Source: a virus
Lineage: Duplodnaviria; Caudoviricetes
DNA: 39,814 bases
Virus record (IMG/VR): IMGVR_UViG_3300028595_000005
Span: 1 to 39,814 of that record
Reading direction: 5' to 3' (one strand)
The first letter of the stretch is position 1; every line of letters starts with the position of its first letter. The translations under genes were made by a program, and so were the position numbers. The notes under the pieces were generated by a model. It saw nothing but the letters and a program-made list of their open reading frames with translations. It was not told the DNA's origin and did not search any database. Shown piece by piece: positions 24,591 through 33,451 of the stretch.

Positions 24591-24923
24591 ATGAGCGTAT
24601 TAGTAAGTAACCACCTAGAAGAAGAACGAAATATTGATATTGAAGATGGTAGAATCTTCTTTAGATTAACTAGCCGCTTGAAAGACCCATTCGGGTTCAT
24701 AACCTTTAAAAAAGACGATAGAGACTATGATTTCACCTTAACCGCAAAGTATTCTACTAATCAAAGGGATCCAGTAGTGATGTCAGAATTACTTAAATCG
24801 CGTGGTGAGTTTCACCGCCGAGCAGAAGAAATTAGTGAGAACCCTTCTTCTGTCAATTGGAAGCAGTTGACTGACTTTAAGGACTGGGATGACCCAAATT
24901 TAGAAATGTATGTGAGTCAATGA
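24591..24923 (+). CDS. Hypothetical protein
   Basis: Leader TTCTTTTATACGATG, the same as for 24332. Confidence 0.7.
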   Translation: MSVLVSNHLEEERNIDIEDGRIFFRLTSRLKDPFGFITFKKDDRDYDFTLTAKYSTNQRDPVVMSELLKSRGEFHRRAEEISENPSSVNWKQLTDFKDWDDPNLEMYVSQ

Positions 24924-25231
24924 TGGAAGAACACGTTAAAATCTTTCGTAACTTCTTCGGGATCGCGGATCAAGTTCCACAACTTTCCGCGATCTCGGGA
25001 GACTTCGGACCTGACATTCACCACATCGTTCCAAGAGGGAGGGGAGGCGGAAATGAAATCACGAATCTTATAGCATTGACGCGTCAGGAACACGCCAGAG
25101 CCCACGGAACGGTGCTACCCAGGTTGACAGTCGGAGAACTACAAACGGCTCAAAGGAGAGCCATCCAGGAGCTTCTCAGAGAAACAGGGAAAAGATTCGA
25201 AGATTGGGACGGGCAAAACTGGACAGATTGA
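24920..25231 (+). CDS. HNH endonuclease-like protein
   Basis: DIHHIVPRGRGGGNEITNLIALTRQEHARAH. Confidence 0.85.
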   Translation: MMEEHVKIFRNFFGIADQVPQLSAISGDFGPDIHHIVPRGRGGGNEITNLIALTRQEHARAHGTVLPRLTVGELQTAQRRAIQELLRETGKRFEDWDGQNWTD

Positions 25232-25306
25232 GTTCTTTCCGGCTTCGGCATTCAGTGCCAAGTCCGGAGAGGATTATCTCTCCAAAAAATAAAATAAGGA
25301 GGTTTT

Positions 25307-25732
25307 ATGGACATTACAGCAGGATCTATTTTAATGACTGGACACTGGAGACCCGCAAGAGGTTTCTATAGGAACAGGAAAGGATACATTAGGACTAAAG
25401 AAAGAGGTGCCGATTGGAAAATGGTTGTTATAGCGCTTGCTATTATCTTGATCTTAGTCTCGTTAACGAGAGCAGAAGCAGGTCATCAGGATGATTGCGA
25501 CATAACACTGGAAAAGGAACTTGCAGCCGAAACTATATCAATAGATATAAAGACTGATCCCTCTTCAGCCTGTTACGAGAAGTTATCTATTTCACCATTA
25601 TATGTTCAAACATCAGAATCTGATTCTGAACCGTTAGAACGAGGAACAGGAGGTTTGTATGCAGATTATCAACACAACAGACGAGATATTCGCCATGATA
25701 GCGAATGTCGTCGCCAAAGGTTATGGATGTAA
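25307..25732 (+). CDS. Membrane-anchored hypothetical protein
   Basis: TAAGGAGG SD; one TM segment. Confidence 0.65.
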   Translation: MDITAGSILMTGHWRPARGFYRNRKGYIRTKERGADWKMVVIALAIILILVSLTRAEAGHQDDCDITLEKELAAETISIDIKTDPSSACYEKLSISPLYVQTSESDSEPLERGTGGLYADYQHNRRDIRHDSECRRQRLWM

Positions 25733-25826
25733 GATAACTTGGGATCCCGAGGATGGGCTAACCCTATCCGGAGAAAGACAGTATTTCCCAATGATCTTGC
25801 AAGAAGTCAAGGCAATGTTTCGATAA
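25659..25826 (+). CDS. 55-aa hypothetical protein
   Basis: AGGAGG SD before ATG; followed by the hairpin ACAGGGTGAG/CTCACCCTGT (25833-25858). Confidence 0.55.
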   Translation: MQIINTTDEIFAMIANVVAKGYGCKITWDPEDGLTLSGERQYFPMILQEVKAMFR

Positions 25827-25909
25827 AAAACTACAGGGTGAGATTTGACTCACCCTGTTATCTCGTGAACAATGTTTCGTCACGGACATTTAAAATAAAG
25901 GAGGGGGTT

Positions 25910-26077
25910 ATGAAGTATCTTTTAATCGTAGTGTTAATTTTATCAGCTATGTCTGCTTGTTATCTGGGGTCTTCTATCGAAGAAGAGTTTATACCAAGCT
26001 CAGTAATAGGCGACATGGAAACCTTGGACTCCCCAGAGATGGGGCATGTAAAACTCAAATTTTCTTTCAAGCAATAA
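25910..26077 (+). CDS. Small secreted or lipoprotein-like peptide
   Basis: AAGGAGG SD; signal peptide ending MSAC. Confidence 0.6.
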   Translation: MKYLLIVVLILSAMSACYLGSSIEEEFIPSSVIGDMETLDSPEMGHVKLKFSFKQ

Positions 26078-26087
26078 GGAGGTTGAA

Positions 26088-26888
26088 ATGAAAAGATTAA
26101 TTGTGTTATTAGCTAGTTTAGTATTCGCCGCTCCTGCTATCGCTGAAACCGAAAATCAAGCTATCTTGCAGGAGCATATTATCGAATACATAAATGAAAT
26201 ATCCGTCCAAGCCCTGGCGCAAGAAACCGCAGCGGAACAAGGTTTTGTTACCGCTGTCGTTGGAGAGGACAGAGTAGCCGCTGTTCAGATGGCACTCAAG
26301 CCCGGAGATTATACGCTGGTCGTAGAGGCTCTATATCCGGTAGCCTTTCCAAAGCCAGGCAATGGTTTAAACAAAGAACAAGTTGCGGCGTTAAATGGTT
26401 CTGGGACAGTAAAGATCTTACCAGGAGAAACCTCGACTGCCGTAATAGCTTTACAATGGAAAAAGGCTGGGTTATTCACAGATATAAGACACACGATAGT
26501 GAATACATATCTGGACTCGCCTGGTGCGGAATTTTGGTATATCTCACCGTGTGATCCAACTTTTCGAACCAAAGCACAAATAACAAACAAGCTTGGGTTC
26601 CTTGGGACAATCCTGTATACACAGTCAGAGTCTCCAACGTACAAGCAGGGCTTCCTAATGGAAGTGGATATACGATGTCCTGATGTTGGGAACCTCTTCT
26701 ATTTCAGTCCTGAGGATGCGGCGGATCTGGATTTCGAAAAGCCTACCAAAGCATTCAAGATTGACTATGGAGAGTTATTTCCTAACTATACCCAAAGGAC
26801 TCTTAATCCATCAATTCGCGATGACCTTTATCTTGACGAACTTCAATCTGGAGTCTCGATAGAAATAGATATCAGTGACCTAGATTAA
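26088..26888 (+). CDS. Secreted protein of unknown function
   Basis: TAAGGAGG SD; Sec signal MKRLIVLLASLVFAAPAIA; beta-sandwich-like LKPGDYTLVVEA. Confidence 0.8.
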   Translation: MKRLIVLLASLVFAAPAIAETENQAILQEHIIEYINEISVQALAQETAAEQGFVTAVVGEDRVAAVQMALKPGDYTLVVEALYPVAFPKPGNGLNKEQVAALNGSGTVKILPGETSTAVIALQWKKAGLFTDIRHTIVNTYLDSPGAEFWYISPCDPTFRTKAQITNKLGFLGTILYTQSESPTYKQGFLMEVDIRCPDVGNLFYFSPEDAADLDFEKPTKAFKIDYGELFPNYTQRTLNPSIRDDLYLDELQSGVSIEIDISDLD

Positions 26889-26907
26889 ACCTCTTCTTTA
26901 CCGTGAC

Positions 26908-26933
26908 AGCCCTCTGAGTAATCAGAGGGTTTT
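26908..26933 (+). terminator. Intrinsic terminator
   Basis: CCCTCTGA-GTAA-TCAGAGGG-TTTT at the convergence of the two arms. Confidence 0.8.
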
Positions 26934-27223
26934 CATTTGCACTTCCATCTGCGACGAGCCTGGCAGATTCTCTTGTTCGGGGTCTTCTTGCAGTTGATGC
27001 TGTGCATCTTCTTCTGCCCTTCTGAGCGTGCGCAATATGACTTCCTGCGCTTGGCAGCTTTGCTTCCCTTCTTCACCTTGCCCGTCACTGCCTGCTTCAA
27101 ACGAGAGCCAGGGTTGGCTTTACGATAGGCTGCAACACCTTTCTTGGTCATGCCGGCTCCTTTCTTGGTGGGACGGTAGTTAGCGTTCTTGCCTTTGGTG
27201 GTGCGGCGAATTGTTCTTGGCAT
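26933..27223 (-). CDS. Highly basic small phage protein (DUF6321-like)
   Basis: GMTKKGVAAYRKANPGS.LK...RRKSYCARS...RICQARRRWKC. Confidence 0.75.
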   Translation of the reverse strand: MPRTIRRTTKGKNANYRPTKKGAGMTKKGVAAYRKANPGSRLKQAVTGKVKKGSKAAKRRKSYCARSEGQKKMHSINCKKTPNKRICQARRRWKCK

Positions 27224-27231
27224 TGGTGAAA

Positions 27232-30200
27232 TTATTGGATTCCTTGAGATTCAAGGTAGTCTTTAAACGGAGTTGAGAAACCGTCTCCGTTAAAGAAGTA
27301 ACCATACTTTACATCTTCTCTCGCAAATTTCAACTCTTCGATTGATTGTTCATCGCCAGCCAAGGCTTGCTTTACCACCTCTCCCAATCCAGCAGCAACC
27401 TTGTCGAAGCTCTTCTGCGCCCGTAAAGCATAAACTTTCTTCAGGTGAGAATCGAGCTGTTCTTTGGTTGCTTTGCGGGGGCTGCCAGTCTCAGTCGGCT
27501 TGTTGATTATCCCACCAAGTATATATTCACTTATGTCCGTTCCATATTCTTCAGCTATCTTCCAGCGTTCCAGGGCTTGTAGCTGAGAGACGCTTTGTGT
27601 TGCAAGGAACTCTTCTTGCTGCTGTTCATTTAGCTTATTAAACTTATCGTAAAGCTTTGCCGAGTTTAAGTTTTTTGATATCCCTTGAGGCACCCCTGCG
27701 GTGTCTACTCCACCTTCTGCTAATTTCCAGAACGCGCTTCTCGCGGCATCAGATCCGTTCTCAAGAACATAATCGAAGAGGATTTCCTTGCGTTGGTCTT
27801 TCGGCGTGTTCTGCATCTTCTTCTCGAGCTTGGTATATTCAGCTCTCTTAATGCGGTTCTCCGCTACCTCGGCTTCGGTTTCCTTGTAAAAGCGATTCAA
27901 GAAGATTGTGTCGCGAGCCGGAGGCTTTTCGCCCTGAGCTAGTTCTGAGGTAGTGGTGAAAAGGCGCTTAACGAATTTACCTGCTCCTCCAACTAGCTGA
28001 TTGAAGATATATTCGATGTCTTCTGGCGATTGGTTTAAAGCTTTACCCATCTCGAGAGCAGCTTTTCCAGCCAGTGTTTCATCTATGTCATCGAAATACT
28101 GCTCCTCTTTAGGCAGTCCGGACTTCCACTCAGGGCGTATCATATAACCAAGACCACTCTTATTCCTGAAAAGCTCAGCCGGTAAATCGAAGGCAGTCGG
28201 GGTTATCGCAGAAAAGAAGTCGTCTCCCCCGATCGGATTGTTTGCCTCAAGGGCAGAAGATAAAAAGTTACCCAAGGAGTCTTTGATATTACTTTCTCCT
28301 TTAGTAAAGCTATTGACCTCTGAGAACAAAACCTTCATCGGGCGGAGAGACCAGGCGATAGGAATATTAATTGAACGGAACTCCCCGTTTTCTCCAGGAG
28401 GCAAAACAAAAATAATGCTACTATTCTTTTCCCAATCTGTAGTTTTCTTCCTCCACTCAGGGTCTATCGCGTCGTTTATTTGCTCAGTCTTGTAAACCAA
28501 TGTTCCAACAGCTCCTGCTGTAGCAGCTAAGACCTTCGGATCTTTAAACGACTTTAACATCCGTGCGGTTCCTTGAATTGATGCGTTGGAGAACATATAC
28601 AGCGCGTTCAAGAATGGGCTGGCTTTCCCTTTGCGATCGAAGTTCACCGTGACGTTCTTGGCAATTGAGGCTGCCTGCTCACGAGACAGCCCTTTCTCTA
28701 TTGCCTGGCGATAAGCCCCTAGCCTTGTAGAGTCTTCGAAGATTGTGTTTAACGCATCAATCCCCTTAACCAACTTGGAGAAGGACTTCCTTGTTATTCC
28801 GGCGCGGTTCAAAGACCGAATATCAGAGATATCATTAACCGCTTTCTCAAGTCCAGTAAAAGCCATCCCTCCAGTTGTCCCTCCGTCCTGAATCATCTGC
28901 TTATACAAACGAGAGCCTTCTGTAGTCTTACCTCTCATCCGGTCAAAGACAGCTTTAACGTTTTGTCCTGTTGCGTCTTTAGCGATTCCTTTAACTGCGT
29001 GCTTGAATCCAAGATCTTTGAATGTGTTTATGAAAGACTCTTGTAGGTCACGGATTTTATTCGTAGGTCCGAATTCAACGTTGAAACGCGTGGCGAGATT
29101 CGAATAGTAACGAGTTATTGTCGCGAAAGGTCTAAAAAGCTTCGGCACAGACTCGATATTAACATTGGACAACGCTTCTGCTAGTTTCTTGTTCTTTATC
29201 TTTAAATATACAGGTTTTCCATTCTCCCGAATTGTCAGGACATCTTTCGGTCTATCAAGTAAAAACTTATCATCGAAGGTTTTGCCGATAGCCTTTGGCT
29301 TTACCTCCTCAAAAATATCTCCAAGAATCTTCTTGTTCTTACGATAGAAGTTTAGAGTAGACAGGTTCACTCGATTTTTCTCGGCTCTGAGAATTGCTTG
29401 TTCAAGGTTGTATTTAATATTAGCCCAAACATCTTGTACTTCCCTTTCACTCCCTTTCGCTTTCTTCAGCCCAGTCCCTTTAACACTCAGGGTCTTTCCT
29501 GAATAAGAATCCAGGAACCCTTTGACATCAGTATCATCCATCACTCTTTGCAGAGGAATATGGTTTGGGTACTTCGCTTGAAGTTCCTTCTTTAATTCTG
29601 GGGTTATGATCTGCCCTTCTTCCAAAACATCAAGCGTTCTCCTAGAGATATCCTGCAGCTCTTCTGCGATGATCTTTGCCTCACCGGAAAGCTCTTTGCC
29701 AAGTTTAGCAAATCTCTCAGTGGCTTCTGCTGTAGTGATTCCTGCAGCCTTCTCACCAAGAGCAGTATTTCTCTCTATGGCGTGCCGCGCAGTAAGGTAG
29801 TCATTAATCTTTGTTGGTTCTATTTTTTGGTCAAGTAACTGTTTGTCCAGTGTCTGGAATTGCTCTTCAAGATCGTCGAGCTTAGCTCTGGTTCTTCCGG
29901 AAAATAATTCAAACTTCAGATAAGGGTTGGTCTCATCTGAGTATTTTATACCAGGCTTCTCCATTAGCTTTTTTACTGAAAGCCAGTTATCCTGTATTCC
30001 TTCCCGTAGTTCATCTGAATATGAAAATTCATCCTGTAATGCAATTCGTTGTGTGGCATCTTCTATCGGGGTTTCTGGCTTCGGCGTTGGTATAGGCTTG
30101 ACCGGAGTTTTTGCAGTCTTCATTGGGACAATTGCATCAGTAGCTGCTGGCTCAGCGCCTCCGGCTGCCTTCTTGTTAGCCTGCTCCCAGGCTTCTTTTA

Positions 30201-31425
30201 GTTGGGATTTGGTTTTTATTTGAGATTTATCAAAAACTAATAATTCATCAGCACCTCTACCAATTTTTATGTCCACTCCGTCATATCCTAATTTTTTCAA
30301 ACTTTCAGTAAACTTTTTTGAACTACCAGAAATAATCACCGAAGCTGTATCCGCATTGGTTGCTCCTTCTATTATATCACCCTTATACCCAGATAATTTT
30401 ACAATTTCATTAATATTAGTATTATTATCAATAACAAAAGGATTCTTTAATTCAATATTAAATTCCTTTACTGTTTTTTTACCACCAGATTTTTTAACTG
30501 CTTGATCCGCGAATTGATTAGCTCTATTCTTGTTTTTAGTAAAGTAAAAACCATCACCAAAAAATCCGCTTTCACCACTTGCCTTACCGAATGTATCAGC
30601 ATTAAATATTTCAAAGTCTTTATTAGTCCCGTGATAAACAGGCGCTCCTTGTGCCTTCACGAACTCCTCAGCGCTCTTATATTTCTTAGCCTCTTTAGCC
30701 AGAAGCTCCTCACCTGTTTCTTTAACGGCACTCTCAGTCTTTCTCGCGGATAGCTCTGCTAATTCTTTCGAGTCTTTCTTTGCCACAACGCTAGCAAGAG
30801 CCTTTACCTCTTCTACCTCGGCTAACTCAGGCTTTCTCTTGAACAGCCCTGCTATTTTAGATCCGATATTTTTAGCCTGTTCTACTGCTTCTGCTGCGAA
30901 TTCTCCAGGATTTTTGATCACCTCTGCTACAGATCTAAAGATTCCTCGCGCCTGCTTGGCAGCGGCAATGACTTTTTGCGGGGTAGGAATATCCACGGCT
31001 AAAACCAAGTTGTTTAGTTCATTGTTTCTAATATCCTGAATCACTTCGCTCACTGTCTTGTCTCCAGAGGCAATCTGCCTTCTCTGGGACTCAGAAATTT
31101 TGTTAGTGAGGTCACCAAAGAAAGGATCTTGAAATCCAAGGCGATTGGCTTCCTCCTCTGTCGGAGCGCGTAATTCTGGCTCTGGTTCATATTGACCAAG
31201 CCTCTTTCCGGCAGAAAGCACCTCTGAAAGCGTAGAACGCTGCTCAGTAGACTGTTGCTGTTCAGCCAGAGGTTGAGTCGTCTGAGGTTCTTTTCTCGCA
31301 ACCTGAGGCGTTTCTAAAGGTCGTTTTTCCAGAAGGACTTCGCTCAGCTTCTTTTTCTCTTCAGGCTCTGCAAATTTTGTTCCGATCCTTCTTCCAGCCG
31401 AGAGGAGGTCAGATAGGTTAGCCAT
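27232..31425 (-). CDS. Large polyvalent/ejected protein with an ART-PolyVal-like domain and a C-terminal LPD38-like domain
   Basis: VYHGT..F..F...FGDGFYFT...LKNP...GYDGV...VFDKSQIK; AKNVTVNFDRKG...LYMFSNASIQG; LPD38-like DWEKN...INIP. Confidence 0.8.
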   Translation of the reverse strand: MANLSDLLSAGRRIGTKFAEPEEKKKLSEVLLEKRPLETPQVARKEPQTTQPLAEQQQSTEQRSTLSEVLSAGKRLGQYEPEPELRAPTEEEANRLGFQDPFFGDLTNKISESQRRQIASGDKTVSEVIQDIRNNELNNLVLAVDIPTPQKVIAAAKQARGIFRSVAEVIKNPGEFAAEAVEQAKNIGSKIAGLFKRKPELAEVEEVKALASVVAKKDSKELAELSARKTESAVKETGEELLAKEAKKYKSAEEFVKAQGAPVYHGTNKDFEIFNADTFGKASGESGFFGDGFYFTKNKNRANQFADQAVKKSGGKKTVKEFNIELKNPFVIDNNTNINEIVKLSGYKGDIIEGATNADTASVIISGSSKKFTESLKKLGYDGVDIKIGRGADELLVFDKSQIKTKSQLKEAWEQANKKAAGGAEPAATDAIVPMKTAKTPVKPIPTPKPETPIEDATQRIALQDEFSYSDELREGIQDNWLSVKKLMEKPGIKYSDETNPYLKFELFSGRTRAKLDDLEEQFQTLDKQLLDQKIEPTKINDYLTARHAIERNTALGEKAAGITTAEATERFAKLGKELSGEAKIIAEELQDISRRTLDVLEEGQIITPELKKELQAKYPNHIPLQRVMDDTDVKGFLDSYSGKTLSVKGTGLKKAKGSEREVQDVWANIKYNLEQAILRAEKNRVNLSTLNFYRKNKKILGDIFEEVKPKAIGKTFDDKFLLDRPKDVLTIRENGKPVYLKIKNKKLAEALSNVNIESVPKLFRPFATITRYYSNLATRFNVEFGPTNKIRDLQESFINTFKDLGFKHAVKGIAKDATGQNVKAVFDRMRGKTTEGSRLYKQMIQDGGTTGGMAFTGLEKAVNDISDIRSLNRAGITRKSFSKLVKGIDALNTIFEDSTRLGAYRQAIEKGLSREQAASIAKNVTVNFDRKGKASPFLNALYMFSNASIQGTARMLKSFKDPKVLAATAGAVGTLVYKTEQINDAIDPEWRKKTTDWEKNSSIIFVLPPGENGEFRSINIPIAWSLRPMKVLFSEVNSFTKGESNIKDSLGNFLSSALEANNPIGGDDFFSAITPTAFDLPAELFRNKSGLGYMIRPEWKSGLPKEEQYFDDIDETLAGKAALEMGKALNQSPEDIEYIFNQLVGGAGKFVKRLFTTTSELAQGEKPPARDTIFLNRFYKETEAEVAENRIKRAEYTKLEKKMQNTPKDQRKEILFDYVLENGSDAARSAFWKLAEGGVDTAGVPQGISKNLNSAKLYDKFNKLNEQQQEEFLATQSVSQLQALERWKIAEEYGTDISEYILGGIINKPTETGSPRKATKEQLDSHLKKVYALRAQKSFDKVAAGLGEVVKQALAGDEQSIEELKFAREDVKYGYFFNGDGFSTPFKDYLESQGIQ

Positions 31426-31426
31426 T

Positions 31427-33307
31427 TCATTTCATGAGTTCAGCTTCTACATCAGCCAGAGACTTGCGCATTGTAGTTGGCTCGATCACTGGAGTAGAAC
31501 GAAGGCGCCCCGGGGTTCTATCTAAAGGCTGCGGGTCAACTTGGCTAAGCCAGTATTCAGACCGACCAATGTCTCGCCCTGCAGCAACTGCGCCCATGAA
31601 CTCAGGAACCTCAGCATTGGCGATATCTTTTATCAAGGGGTCTTGAGGATCTTCTTGCGGGATGTATGCCTCGGCTAACGCAGACCTACTGAACTCTGCT
31701 CTGTCTAATGCTGTTCGCGTAGCGGTGCCAGGGAAAACTTTCTCGGCAACAGCCCCAATAACCTTTGCCCCGTCAACAATATCTAAGTCGCGATCTTTAA
31801 CTGCTTCGGCAGACTTCTGAATGAAATCTTTGACTACTTCGTCAGAGACGGGGGCAGCTGCCCTAGAGCCGGAGAGCTTGTAGGAACCGAGTCTTCCAAC
31901 CGGAATTATCGTACCGTCTTTCGTAACCCCGTTAACGAACCCATTGTTGTCAGTGAAGTAGCGATCGATGCCAGGTTGATCAACAGGCAGTATTACCTTT
32001 TGACCGTCATCGTTAAGGACAGGGTCTCCAAACCCGTTCACCAGATATCCAAGATCTGAGGTTCCTTGCCAGTTGATTGTTGCCAGCTTGTCGGCGCGCT
32101 CTCTTGCTTCTTTGACGTATTCCTGAGCGCGGGTAGCAGCGTCTCTCTCGAGCTTGGTCATCTTTTCAAGGTAGGTTGTTATTGCCGCATCAGTATCTTC
32201 TCTCTCCTCTGCTCTGCTTATGTTGCGATCCTGTTGCAGTTTGTACACCTGGTCATCGAGATCTAAATCGAATTCCAAGATTTTGTTTTCCACTTCCTGA
32301 TCAAGCTTAGCAAGGTTAAGGGCGAGGTTCTTCTCCTCATTCATTATGTCTTGCGCCATATAGTATGAGGTTGCCCGAACTGTTTCTCTGTAAAATCTGA
32401 GGGCGTCCTGCCCTTCTCTGACCGTCTCGTTGTAGTCCTTAACTGCGTTACTATCAGAAACGATTCCGAGGCGAGCGTTACGCTCAATGATCTGCTGCGC
32501 CCTCTTCTCGTTCTGTTTGGTGATTAATGATTCCTCATAAGCCGCCTGGGCTTCGTAGCGTTCTTTCTCGAAGCGAGCTTTGTCTATCGCTGCCTTGGAT
32601 TTCAGTTCAGCTTCTTCTCTGAGAAGAGCCTGTTGGTCTCTGAGGTTCTCGGGAATAGAGCTGCTTCTTTTTGTGAGGGCATCTAACCTGGAGCCAAGAA
32701 GATCATCTGACTCTTTCTGATCCAGCTTCAACCGCTCTAAAGTATTTTGAAGACTTACCGCTGCGGTCTCCTTCTCCGTCTCATCAAGAAGAGTAAATTT
32801 AGTATCCAGGATAGAAGGAACAACGGTTCCAATTCTTTCCCCAGTGGAGAGGATCGAGGAAACCCTTTCTCTTTGTTCTTGTTCTTGTACCCGTCCTTCG
32901 ATGTCTTTCTCTAATAACTCCCTTGAGAATGGCTCAAGGCTTGTGATTTTTTCGCCTTCAGATGTGTAGCTTGTTTTCAGCATATCCGGGGCAATATCAA
33001 CTGTCCCGGCAGAAGCAAGGAGTCCACTCTGCCTTGTCCCTCTTGTGGGGAGAGTTGGATCAGACACAAAGGCAGGAGTTTTCCCAGCGGATCCTGTTGA
33101 AGTGGAAGTCCTAGAAGAAGGGAATGCTGGTGCATAATTTACTTTCTCTTCTCCTGTCTTGGGATCTTTCGTAACTTTACCATAAGATTTCTTTGCTTCC
33201 TCCTCTCTTTGCTCCTCGAGCATTTCTACAGCACGCGCAGTCTGCAGTCCCATAGCACGGGATGTTGCAGCTGAGACATCTGTTGTGGGTTTTTTACGGT
33301 AAGCCAT
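31427..33307 (-). CDS. Putative internal virion/DNA-ejection protein
   Basis: Long coiled coil; position between the tail genes and the large ejected protein as in podoviruses. Confidence 0.6.
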   Translation of the reverse strand: MAYRKKPTTDVSAATSRAMGLQTARAVEMLEEQREEEAKKSYGKVTKDPKTGEEKVNYAPAFPSSRTSTSTGSAGKTPAFVSDPTLPTRGTRQSGLLASAGTVDIAPDMLKTSYTSEGEKITSLEPFSRELLEKDIEGRVQEQEQRERVSSILSTGERIGTVVPSILDTKFTLLDETEKETAAVSLQNTLERLKLDQKESDDLLGSRLDALTKRSSSIPENLRDQQALLREEAELKSKAAIDKARFEKERYEAQAAYEESLITKQNEKRAQQIIERNARLGIVSDSNAVKDYNETVREGQDALRFYRETVRATSYYMAQDIMNEEKNLALNLAKLDQEVENKILEFDLDLDDQVYKLQQDRNISRAEEREDTDAAITTYLEKMTKLERDAATRAQEYVKEARERADKLATINWQGTSDLGYLVNGFGDPVLNDDGQKVILPVDQPGIDRYFTDNNGFVNGVTKDGTIIPVGRLGSYKLSGSRAAAPVSDEVVKDFIQKSAEAVKDRDLDIVDGAKVIGAVAEKVFPGTATRTALDRAEFSRSALAEAYIPQEDPQDPLIKDIANAEVPEFMGAVAAGRDIGRSEYWLSQVDPQPLDRTPGRLRSTPVIEPTTMRKSLADVEAELMK

Positions 33308-33450
33308 TACTTCTTTGAGAAATCTTTAAGTTGTTTGAGCGTAGCAGAGCCAAATGGTCTGGCAGCTTTCTTTTGCCGCTTCATCCCTTTCTTCCTTCTG
33401 GAAAGCTCTAACGCTGCGGCTCGGCGTTGAGATTCAGATTTGGCTGGCAT
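33307..33450 (-). CDS. 47-aa basic protein (DUF3008-like)
   Basis: MPAKSESQRRAAALELSRRKKG...TLKQLKDFS. Confidence 0.7.
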   Translation of the reverse strand: MPAKSESQRRAAALELSRRKKGMKRQKKAARPFGSATLKQLKDFSKK

Positions 33451-33451
33451 A

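Noticed and set aside
16479-25231. Alternative genetic code (TGA=Gly as in Gracilibacteria, or TAG recoding) explaining the many short ORFs
   Set aside because: Long genes are intact in code 11, and TGA stops form regular ATGA overlaps with the next start.
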